58,956 bases of DNA from Actinomycetota bacterium (GTDB taxonomy: Bacteria; Actinomycetota; Geothermincolia; Fen-727; Anoxymicrobiaceae). The notes below the pieces were generated by a model that was not told the origin of the DNA, did no database searches, and worked only from the letters and a program-made list of their open reading frames with translations. Below, one piece after another: positions 12,092-20,545 of this stretch. The stretch lies in assembly GCA_016927325.1 (NCBI GenBank), contig JAFGMY010000170.1, positions 1 to 58,956 on the forward strand, read 5' to 3'. The position numbers and the translations under genes were made by a program. The first letter of the stretch is position 1. Each line of letters opens with the position of its first letter.

Positions 12092-12328
12092 CTATCTGTT
12101 CATAACCTTTCCCTGCTCGACTATCTCCGCAAGGATTCGTGAGAGCAGCGACATGATGAAGTACAGATAGAAAACCATCGCGAACATTACCCAGGTGGTG
12201 GGTTTGAAGCCCGCTATCTGCCTGTTTCTGATCGCGGCGATAAAGCCTATCGTGCAGAGCGAATCCCCGCAGGTCCCACAGATCCACATCATCAGCCTGC
12301 TTTCCATCAGTCTTATCAAAGGTGTCAT
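12092..12328 (-). CDS. Hypothetical small membrane protein
   Basis: 78 aa with two hydrophobic segments and a CGTCGDSLC motif. No family recognised. Confidence 0.3.
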   Translation of the reverse strand: MTPLIRLMESRLMMWICGTCGDSLCTIGFIAAIRNRQIAGFKPTTWVMFAMVFYLYFIMSLLSRILAEIVEQGKVMNR

Positions 12329-12555
12329 AACAGTCTCCTTTCACTCCTCTGATTCCGGTTGCCGATGAGATTACTATTCAATCTCTTTGCCGGTATTCCC
12401 CCAAAGAACAACAAGTAAAAAGTAAGGGTGGCATTGGATGGTTGATCAAGGGACATTACAGGTGTATCTTTAGCAAAGGAGGCTCTTTGGATAAGTTGTC
12501 GGTTGAAGACTGGTTCAGGTCGGCGTGGTTATTAATCACTAAGGAACATATCTGA

Positions 12556-13791
12556 ATGAAAAGACGGCAGCGGCGGGAACACGATAGAAGATTAAAACTC
12601 AACCGCGCATTTAATCGGCAGCCGATGCATGAATACCAGCTTTCCGGAAGAGTATTTGAAATTGGTTCTGCTGGTGAAGATGTTTTCCGGAAGGAGCATA
12701 AGCCGGGGTTCAAGGTAACATCGAACTCAATCGTGGAGAAGCTGGGCGATTACCTGGATCTCGAGCCCCAAACAGTTAAGAGCATCAAAACGAACAGGCG
12801 AAGGGCATTTCTGGAAAAGCTTATTATAGCGATATCATGCGGTCTGTTGTTGGCTCTATGTGTTTTTTATTTCCAAATCACGGAGGACGGCCGAAAAGTA
12901 GCCTATTTTGTTGCTGCGGCGACAGGTGTTGTTTTATGTTTTATTGTTTACTCTCTTGTTATGACTATCGCCTTAAAATCTACGCTTTCAAGCAATGGAT
13001 TTAAAGCACCATTCAAGTTGAAGCAGTATCAAAAAGCTCTCCAGGCAGTGAGTATCGGTGCAGGAATTAGAACACCCGGACTCGTAGTTGTGGATATACC
13101 GACAGTCAACTCTGTTCCATATTTTCGAGGAGGGAAGCCTACTGTTGGGATTACCAGAGAAGCGGTGGATATGCAATTTGATGACCATACGCTTGAAGCG
13201 ATAATGGCACATCAGGTCTCCCATTTCATAATCGGGGATGCCTTAAAAACCAACTCTTACTGGTTTTTCCATTACTTACCGTTTGCGGTTATGGCGATGC
13301 TCGTGACCTCGATAATGCTGACAGTTGTTTTAGGGGTGAAAGATTTAACCTCGGGACAGAAGACTTTGTACATGTTATCAATATTATTCTCATTCACCTG
13401 GGGAATTACTTTCGGAGGATTCATTCTGAAAAAACTTGACTATATATCCAGGTTTGATGACGTCCTCGCCGATTCGGTGGCTGTACACATTACCAAGAAC
13501 CCCGAAGCCTTGAGAAAAGCTATCATAAGGCTTTGCGTTCTTGGGGATAAATCCCCGGTTCAACCAAAAATCGATGATGTCAACAATAACTTGTTTATTC
13601 CCCCTCATAACCCTGGGTCTGTTCCGGACCACGACCTGGTCAGATCATTTATTTTCAATCAACTCGAGATGGGACTTGGGTACAAAGAAGATGTTTACCT
13701 GTCTGAAGAAAAGGGTGAAATAATAAGGAGAGTCAGAAACCTGGAGACAATAGAGATCGGCCACAAACCTTCAGGCGAAAACAGTATGTAG
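12556..13791 (+). CDS. M48 (HtpX/Ste24-like) peptidase homologue with a degenerate active site (HQVSH)
   Basis: TM helices flank an M48-like core: NSVPYFRGGKPTVGITREAV...LEAIMAHQVSHFIIGD, and later SRFDDVLADSVAV..PEALRKAI. The gene is AT-richer than its flanks. The start codon is uncertain. Confidence 0.55.
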   Translation: MKRRQRREHDRRLKLNRAFNRQPMHEYQLSGRVFEIGSAGEDVFRKEHKPGFKVTSNSIVEKLGDYLDLEPQTVKSIKTNRRRAFLEKLIIAISCGLLLALCVFYFQITEDGRKVAYFVAAATGVVLCFIVYSLVMTIALKSTLSSNGFKAPFKLKQYQKALQAVSIGAGIRTPGLVVVDIPTVNSVPYFRGGKPTVGITREAVDMQFDDHTLEAIMAHQVSHFIIGDALKTNSYWFFHYLPFAVMAMLVTSIMLTVVLGVKDLTSGQKTLYMLSILFSFTWGITFGGFILKKLDYISRFDDVLADSVAVHITKNPEALRKAIIRLCVLGDKSPVQPKIDDVNNNLFIPPHNPGSVPDHDLVRSFIFNQLEMGLGYKEDVYLSEEKGEIIRRVRNLETIEIGHKPSGENSM

Positions 13792-13896
13792 TACTTATGG
13801 GCGATTCTAAGGAGTAAATACCGTGAGCGTTATATGCGCTCTTGGCAGGTGTTACCAATCCTTCCTTGAAGTAATTGATATCATGATGCGGAGGTA

Positions 13897-15414
13897 ATTA
13901 TCGACGACCGGAGTACAGGCATTTACCCCAGGAGATGGTGGGCGCTTGCCGCCATATGCATACCGCTTATCGTCGTAAGCATCGACGGGACGATACTGAA
14001 CGTCGCCCTTCCCACTATCTCGGAAGCGCTCAAGACAACATCTTCTGAGCTTATTTGGATCAACTCAGCTTATATAATCATTTTCGGAAGTACGATTCTG
14101 CTTGGGGGAGGGCTCGGCGACAAGTATGGGCGGAAGCGGTTCCTGATGCTGGGGATGATTATCTTCACATCAGGCTCAATATTAGCGGGGTTTTCTCCGG
14201 GCGCTTATTTGCTTACGGCGGCGAGGGGGCTGATGGGTATCGGCGGCGGGATGATAATGCCCGCAACCCTGAGCCTCATAACCAATATTTTCCCAGAAGA
14301 AGAAAGGCCGAAGGCGATTGGTGTATGGGCCGGTATGGCCGGCATTGGGGTAGCGGTCGGCCCGCTTGCGGGGGGCATACTCCTTACGTTTTTCCCATGG
14401 GGTTCGGTGTTTTTCGTGAACGTTCCTATAGCGGCCGCCGGGATCGTTACCATCTCGATACTGGTGCCGGGTTCTAAGACGCCCAATGCGCCGCCGATCG
14501 ACATCAAAGGCGCGGTTCTTTCATTCACCGGGCTTATCGCACTTTTCTACGGCCTGATTCAGGGGCCGGGCAGAGGATGGACCGACGCCGGCGTGATAAT
14601 CGGATTCACTCTTGCCGCAGTTCTGCTTGCGCTGTTTGTGTGGCTGGAACTCCATACACCCAATCCTATTCTGGAGATCCGGTTTTTCAAGGTCCCCGAG
14701 TTTTCCTCCGGCGTACTTTCCATAGCAATCGGTTTCTTCGCTCTGTTCGGCCTGCTGTATGTGCTCACCATATATCTTCAGTCGGTGCTTTCCTACTCTC
14801 CGATGAAGGCGGGCCTCGCGCTTATGCCGTTCGCTGTCGTTTTGCTGATACTCTCCCCCGTGATTCCGAGGTTTGTCAGAGCTTTGAGCGCCAGGGTAGT
14901 GGTAGCCTCCGGGCTGGTCCTGACCGGTGCGGGCATGGTTGTGTTCACACAGGTCAGTACGACCACCGCATATCCGCTCATACTATTGGGTTTACTCCTG
15001 GTGAGCATTGGAATGACATCTGCGCAGGTGCCTTCGTCAGATGCGATCATGGGGTCGATCCCTAAAGAGAAGGCAGGTGAGGGCTCGGCCACAAACGCGG
15101 CAATACGTCAGATTGGCTCGTCGCTCGGCATAGCCTTGATAGGCGGCATTACCCAACTCGGTTATTCGTCCACAATCGTCAAGTCGGCGGCTTACCAGGC
15201 GCTGGGTTCGTCCGCGGCCGCGGGCGCGAAAGACGGTCTGGCCGGGGCCCTGCAAGTGGGCTCTCAAATGGGAAGCTCTGGAGACGCGATCGTGGAAGCG
15301 GCGAAGTCCGCGTTCGTGAGGGGGCTGGACGCCGGCATGTTCATGACAGCGGTGGTAGCGTTCGTCGGCGCGGCTGTTGCGTTCCGCTTTATACCAAAGA
15401 AAACCCGCACTTGA
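13897..15414 (+). CDS. MFS transporter, DHA2 (EmrB/QacA-like, 14-TMS) family; no canonical start codon
   Basis: The listed ORF (14146-15414) starts inside the protein. The same frame is open back to TGA 13876 and encodes RRWWALAAICIPLIVVSIDGTILNVALPTISEAL...GGLGDKYGRKR (TM1-TM2 and MFS motif A). GGAGG lies at 13890-13894. Confidence 0.8.
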   Translation: MIDDRSTGIYPRRWWALAAICIPLIVVSIDGTILNVALPTISEALKTTSSELIWINSAYIIIFGSTILLGGGLGDKYGRKRFLMLGMIIFTSGSILAGFSPGAYLLTAARGLMGIGGGMIMPATLSLITNIFPEEERPKAIGVWAGMAGIGVAVGPLAGGILLTFFPWGSVFFVNVPIAAAGIVTISILVPGSKTPNAPPIDIKGAVLSFTGLIALFYGLIQGPGRGWTDAGVIIGFTLAAVLLALFVWLELHTPNPILEIRFFKVPEFSSGVLSIAIGFFALFGLLYVLTIYLQSVLSYSPMKAGLALMPFAVVLLILSPVIPRFVRALSARVVVASGLVLTGAGMVVFTQVSTTTAYPLILLGLLLVSIGMTSAQVPSSDAIMGSIPKEKAGEGSATNAAIRQIGSSLGIALIGGITQLGYSSTIVKSAAYQALGSSAAAGAKDGLAGALQVGSQMGSSGDAIVEAAKSAFVRGLDAGMFMTAVVAFVGAAVAFRFIPKKTRT

Positions 15415-15460
15415 TTCAACTCCGGCATCAAATATTACATAGTGACGCACTTGATAACCC

Positions 15461-15483
15461 CACTTGGTGCCTGGCACCAAGTG
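15461..15483. repeat. 23-nt palindrome CACTTGGTGCC-T-GGCACCAAGTG with a partial second copy at 15497-15514
   Basis: Read directly from the sequence. It lies between the convergent MFS and wHTH genes and may act as a bidirectional terminator or protein-binding site. Confidence 0.6.
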
Positions 15484-15563
15484 CGACATTTTGCATCACT
15501 TGGTGCCAGGCACCCGAACGGTGCCCGAACGGGATTAGGCACCTGAACGGGCATTAAAAACAT

Positions 15564-15902
15564 CTATTTATATTTCAGTAAACGGAAAAGCCCCTTAGAT
15601 GGTTTGTAGACTTTGTCAGGATACTTATTGACAAGTTTCCAGATGCATCCGTTGACTGTTTTCGGATGAAAGGAGGGATCTGATGCCTCAATTTTTGAGA
15701 GCAGTTCAGACCAGCGCAGACCCTCGGGATGCTTCTCGAGCAACTCAAATGCCTTTGCGTTTATACGTTCTGTGATTTTGGAGGACCGCATACTCGGCTC
15801 GGATGGTTTTTCCATACTGAAGCTATTCATCGAATAGATTAATACTTTATTAACAGTCAGCCCGAATTTGATGTAGCTCGTTCTTATGCGAAGTGTTTTC
15901 AT
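15564..15902 (-). CDS. Small winged-helix-like protein (Mrr_N / HTH-like), hypothetical
   Basis: INAKAFELLEKHPEGLRWSELLSKIE...TVNGCIWKLVNKYPDKVYKPSKGLFRL resembles wHTH modules. AT-rich. The real start is probably an internal Met near 15815. Confidence 0.35.
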   Translation of the reverse strand: MKTLRIRTSYIKFGLTVNKVLIYSMNSFSMEKPSEPSMRSSKITERINAKAFELLEKHPEGLRWSELLSKIEASDPSFHPKTVNGCIWKLVNKYPDKVYKPSKGLFRLLKYK

Positions 15903-15932
15903 AATAATATCAATCAGGTATTATGCGAAACT

Positions 15933-17297
15933 CTAACTGCTGAACTCTAAGTTATTGTCCGGACTTCCATTCGTTACAGGGCAAGCCTCTTCGATTTCCT
16001 TTACGAGCATGTCCAGGAACTGTTCAGCTACCTGCCGGTTGGCGGTGGCGGCGCAGTAGTTAATGTATAGTCTCATGGTTCCGTCAAATGTGCCCACCAC
16101 GAACATGAAACCGGGCGGGTACATGAAAGGCCCTGACAGATCCACGTCGGAGATTCCGATATCTCCGAAATTCAGGTTTTCCCGTGACAGGACACCGATG
16201 TTTGAGACCCAGGGAGTGATACGCATGGAGTTGAGCGGCCTGCTTAACGTTTTTTTCGCCAGCGAAAAATAAGTTCTCAGCCCGAAGATTGAAACATAAT
16301 CGATAAAAAGCCATTCCCCCAGGCCGGGGTTAACATCTTTTATTCTATTGATTGAGTCACGGACCTGTGCCAGGGACTGCTCGAATGTGCTGTCGGCATG
16401 CGGATAGAGCGCCGGTGTCATAAAGCTAGTAAGATTACAGACGCCGCCACCCCTGCCACCGGGAAGAAAACGCCTCAGGTCAAGAGTTATGTGCACGTCG
16501 TGCGGAGTATCATCTTTTAATCCGCCAAGCCCGGCGACGGCCCGGAAAAATGCCGTGACTATAACGTCGTTGATGGTGGCGCTGTGGGATTTTCCATAGC
16601 TCCTGACGGCCTCGAACTGCTCTGGTTCCAGGGTGCGGACCGACCGTGCGCGGTCAGCGGCATCGGCTTTGCCTGACAGTTCTTTTGCCCAGGGAAAGCT
16701 CCAGTCATCCGGCCGGTTTCTGTGCCGCTTGACAGTAGCTGACAGGGACCCGAGGCTCGCGATCAGCCCGATCTGCTTCAGCACCTGGCGCAGGCTTCTG
16801 TCACCACGGATATTTGGCTCGGGCACGTAATCGGGGTCGTCTTCGAGGCGCCTGTATATCGAGGAAAGCAACATCATGTACTCTGTCGCCCCACCGGCAT
16901 CGGCTACGGTATGGTCGGTTTTGACGACCAGGGTATCAGAGCTGGAGCGAATAATGAAAGCGCGGACGAACGGGCCCTCCCTGGGGATTATCGGGTGGTC
17001 CATTACCTCCCGGATTTTCCCCCCGGTGTTATCAGTCTCCAGGACTGTACACAGCTCAAGCCTGTCAAGGTCGGCTCTTCGCTCATAATAAGGGCGCTTA
17101 ACCATTACGAACCTGCACCCCAGTACCGGTTCGGCGTCCATTGAGAGCCTTACCGCCCGTCCCATCCGCTTTTCGTCGATAAGGCCTTCGAACGAGATTA
17201 TCCAGTGGATCTGGTTGTCGCTCCCGTATCGCAGGCTGTACCCGAACTGGTCGCCGGCCGAGGTGTGGAACCTCCCGGGAATGTTCTTGTGTTTCAA
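15933..17297 (-). CDS. Condensation-domain-like acyltransferase (HxxxD superfamily; PapA5 / WS-DGAT-like)
   Basis: 454 aa with the catalytic-type motif DHTVADAGG (HxxxD) at about one third of its length. The two-lobed size is typical of stand-alone C-domain proteins. Confidence 0.55.
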   Translation of the reverse strand: MKHKNIPGRFHTSAGDQFGYSLRYGSDNQIHWIISFEGLIDEKRMGRAVRLSMDAEPVLGCRFVMVKRPYYERRADLDRLELCTVLETDNTGGKIREVMDHPIIPREGPFVRAFIIRSSSDTLVVKTDHTVADAGGATEYMMLLSSIYRRLEDDPDYVPEPNIRGDRSLRQVLKQIGLIASLGSLSATVKRHRNRPDDWSFPWAKELSGKADAADRARSVRTLEPEQFEAVRSYGKSHSATINDVIVTAFFRAVAGLGGLKDDTPHDVHITLDLRRFLPGGRGGGVCNLTSFMTPALYPHADSTFEQSLAQVRDSINRIKDVNPGLGEWLFIDYVSIFGLRTYFSLAKKTLSRPLNSMRITPWVSNIGVLSRENLNFGDIGISDVDLSGPFMYPPGFMFVVGTFDGTMRLYINYCAATANRQVAEQFLDMLVKEIEEACPVTNGSPDNNLEFSS

Positions 17298-17601
17298 TGG
17301 CTTCTCGCGTTTCTGTTAATGCGGAGATATCCAATGATATTTTACAGCACATCGGGCTGAGTTGCACAGCTTGAACAGTTGTTTAAAAGAAGGGGTTTTG
17401 CATAAGAAAGCCGGGTCGACAGGCGGTGGGTTTCCGTAAAATATGTTTAGAGATATTTTGCCTGTCTGTTCTTTTACAGGCGGCACTCCAGGGAAGGAAG
17501 AAGCTGATTAACACAGAACGATTATAAGAGTTTTCGGGCGGTTGGAAAGATGCTATTATTTTTTACGAGTAGATGTTCTCCAGGCTGAAAGCAGTATTTG
17601 T

Positions 17602-17630
17602 CCCGAGGATAAAAGCTCGGGGCTTTTTGT
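17602..17630 (+). promoter_or_regulatory. Terminator-like hairpin plus T-tract in the leader of the RRM gene
   Basis: CCCGAG-gataaaag-CTCGGG followed by GCTTTTTGTGTTT. It ends about 10 nt before the AAGGAGGTG RBS of the gene starting at 17652. Confidence 0.3.
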
Positions 17631-17651
17631 GTTTAAAGGAGGTGAAAAGGA

Positions 17652-17924
17652 GTGAAGATATACGTGGGTAATCTGAGTTATTCCACCGGTGAAGAGGATA
17701 TCAGAGCGGCATTCAGCGAGTTCGGAACCATTGATTCGGTTGCGGTGATAACCGATCGCAACACCGGAAGGTCCAAGGGATTCGGGTTCGTCGAAATGAA
17801 CGATGACAGCGAGGCGAAAGCGGCGATCGAAGGTATGAACGGCAAGGATCTCGACGGCCGCAACCTCAATGTCAACGAGGCAAGGCCAAGGAGGGACAGG
17901 CCGCAGCGTTCGGAAAGGTATTGA
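17652..17924 (+). CDS. RRM-type RNA-binding protein (bacterial Rbp family)
   Basis: RNP-2 IYVGNL and RNP-1 KGFGFVEM, with an R-rich tail. GTG start preceded by AAGGAGGTG. Confidence 0.9.
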   Translation: MKIYVGNLSYSTGEEDIRAAFSEFGTIDSVAVITDRNTGRSKGFGFVEMNDDSEAKAAIEGMNGKDLDGRNLNVNEARPRRDRPQRSERY

Positions 17925-18255
17925 TTAATAAAAAGCTGAGATCCAATAGAACGGGTATGGGGCGAAGTTTCGATTCTGGAACGTGATTCTGTTTAATCCC
18001 ACCTTGGCCGTTAACCATGTTTTTTCTGTGGTCCGGTTTCTGGTGCGCCGATGTCTGGTGGTACGTTTTTGTTCGATAGAGAAATCCGAATCCGGTGCCG
18101 GGAGCATGGAGAAAAAGTGCGATGACGGGGAAAATATCTTGTGATGTTTCATGGAGTCCTGTGGACGGGGTTGCCATATTCAGAAGACCATCACGGAAGA
18201 TGTTGTTGGAAAGCAACCGGCGCACACGGTTGATTAACCCGATTTGCGGAAAATG

Positions 18256-18543
18256 CTAGATCCAGGGGCTAAATTTTGCTGCCTCATCCCGGTTGGCGCT
18301 TATGCGGTTCAGTTGCGCGGCGTTGCTTTTTCTTGCGGCGGGTTTCTCTTTTTCGTAAGCTTGCGTCTTCAAGCGGCTTGCGATGTAGGCACTCTCAGAG
18401 TAGATCATCTTGTAATCGCTCGGGCTGTACCACTCCGGCGGATTAACCAGGCCTCTCGAGTAATAGGGACCCAGATCGCTCAGGCAGAGCCCGCAAAAGC
18501 TTGACCCTTGTGGATTTTCAGCCTCACAGATGGGACAGATCAT
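18256..18543 (-). CDS. Zinc-ribbon domain protein, hypothetical
   Basis: MICPICEAENPQGSSFCGLC (CxxC..CxxC) at the N-terminus if translation starts at ATG 18543. Confidence 0.4.
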   Translation of the reverse strand: MICPICEAENPQGSSFCGLCLSDLGPYYSRGLVNPPEWYSPSDYKMIYSESAYIASRLKTQAYEKEKPAARKSNAAQLNRISANRDEAAKFSPWI

Positions 18544-18711
18544 TGTCTGTTCTCCTTCACATTGATTCACCCGGAAAACGCGAAACCGGCAGCCTGCTTG
18601 AAGATTTGCTGAATACTGGCCGTATTATTTTATCATTTTCCGGATATTAGTCAAAAAGGATAGAGACGGGCGAGTTCGACTCGAGCTTTGCCGGTGAGAA
18701 AAACAGCTGCG

Positions 18712-19359
18712 TCAGAGAATGGCTGTCAGGCCTTTAATGACGAGGTATACCCCGAAAATCAGAAGTACCGCTGCCCCGATGACCTTTTCATGTTTTGACA
18801 ACCACCCCTGCGTGACGGCAAGCACTATTTCCGCCTTCTCCGAAAAGATAAAGTATAAGAGTATTGGAATAATCAATGTAATCAAAGTGATGAATGTGAG
18901 CAGGATAAGTCCCAGAACGGCGTTCGGCTTTGAGAGGTTGGAACTGCTTATGAGATGCAGTCCAGAAATAAATATGACGAGTGTCGATGTGTTCGGCACC
19001 ATCATGAGGGCCCCGAGTGTGAAGGCCCTTGATGCTTTAAGCACCTTTTCCTCATCCTGTTTTTTTTCTCCACCTTTCTTAAGCAGCGTATATGTCATCA
19101 GTGCGAGGCACAGGACGCCGAGCAGGAGGTCTATGTATGAGTCGAGCATGCTTTTTCCCCCGCGGCTGCCGATATGAAGCACATAGACAAGCACTGTGCC
19201 GATCGACATCAGGGCAAGCGTGTAACCAAGCAGGAACAAAAGAGAGTTCCTCTTCGCGTCTTTCCTTAACATCAGGGAAATAAGCGCGATCATCGCTACG
19301 GGGCTTACCGCAGCTCCAAGGCCTGTTAGAACAAGGCGGAGAATCAAGTGTCCCGGCAT
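18712..19359 (-). CDS. Integral membrane protein (GAP / Sap-like family, tentative)
   Basis: Six predicted helices. GGAGGTG lies 8 nt upstream of ATG 19359. The family call is from memory of GAP-family topology only. Confidence 0.4.
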   Translation of the reverse strand: MPGHLILRLVLTGLGAAVSPVAMIALISLMLRKDAKRNSLLFLLGYTLALMSIGTVLVYVLHIGSRGGKSMLDSYIDLLLGVLCLALMTYTLLKKGGEKKQDEEKVLKASRAFTLGALMMVPNTSTLVIFISGLHLISSSNLSKPNAVLGLILLTFITLITLIIPILLYFIFSEKAEIVLAVTQGWLSKHEKVIGAAVLLIFGVYLVIKGLTAIL

Positions 19360-19531
19360 TTTTATGCCACCTCCAGGTATCAAGTATTTCCCTTACGAAA
19401 AGCGGTTTCCTTCCATGCGGAGGACGGTTTGTCGGTGTTTCCGGGCTCAAAAGGTTTTGCATGGTGACAAGAATACACCCGGAATGACGTGATAAATGCC
19501 GCGGCCCGGGCTTCGGGTCGAGGGGTGGTTT

Positions 19532-20317
19532 TTATTGCCTTGGGGATGGGGCTGATTCAGCCGCTTCAGGGAGATTTATTAAAACGGGGGTGCCGTAGTT
19601 ATAGTATTTGTACTCGGTTGTTGTCAGTATTTCCCGCTCGAAGTTCCCCCCGGACGGGAGCAGGTGCACTTCTTCCTCGACCGCCCTGTTGACGAGAAGA
19701 GTCTCCTTGTCCACATACAGTGTGGCCCGGGTGACGGTTTCTTCTTCCGAGGTTTGAGATACATCCGAAACTACATCGCTTTCCTTCCCGGCACTCTCCG
19801 CTTCCGCCAGCATTCCGCCTCTTGAGTATCTCGTGCGGTTGGGATTAAGGTCATAAGTGATGACATATAGAGTTTCATCCGATTCCATAACCGGGTTCTC
19901 CGCGCACTTCATTAAGTCAATGATGTCCGGGATCAGAAAAGGTGAGCCAGGTTCGAAAAGTGAAAGAGGGGCTTTTTTCCATCCGCTTTGAGGGACGTCT
20001 ATGTACATCATGTCACCGATCATGTAGTTCCTGGTGGTGGTCCCGCAGATATCCATATCAATTTGCGCCCTGATGTCTTTTCTGTCCCTGAGGTCCACTC
20101 TTATTTTGGTGGTTACTTCGCTGTGTCTGATTCCTTCGCCATCGGTCCTGTGGCAGACGATTCCCCTGGCCTCAAAGGAAGCCGTGTTCATCATTGCGCC
20201 GAGGCTCCCGGAGAGTACGTCACCGGCGCTCACTGTTTTTCGTTCAATGACAACGAAAACTGATGAGACGGCGATGAGCAGTATAAAAAACGGGACACTG
20301 TATTTTTTCATGACCAT
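19532..20317 (-). CDS. Exported hypothetical protein (signal peptide; possible LolA-like fold)
   Basis: N-terminal KK plus a hydrophobic helix, followed by a beta-rich acidic body. No motif recognised. Confidence 0.4.
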   Translation of the reverse strand: MVMKKYSVPFFILLIAVSSVFVVIERKTVSAGDVLSGSLGAMMNTASFEARGIVCHRTDGEGIRHSEVTTKIRVDLRDRKDIRAQIDMDICGTTTRNYMIGDMMYIDVPQSGWKKAPLSLFEPGSPFLIPDIIDLMKCAENPVMESDETLYVITYDLNPNRTRYSRGGMLAEAESAGKESDVVSDVSQTSEEETVTRATLYVDKETLLVNRAVEEEVHLLPSGGNFEREILTTTEYKYYNYGTPVLINLPEAAESAPSPRQ

Positions 20318-20545
20318 CCCTTTCCTGTGCAGGATATTATTATCAAAAGAGGAAAGACGAGGTCAAGTTAAGACATGTTTATTTCTCCTGGAGTTCAGGC
20401 CCGGCGGTGACTCCGCGGCGGCGCGCCGTCCTGTTCCACAAGCCGCACCTGCAGACTATTCCTGAAAAATGTCTGTTCTTTCCGGTCCATGAAGTCAGTC
20501 CCATTGAAGCAACCAATGTTATCGTGAAGAAACCGGAGTTGACCG

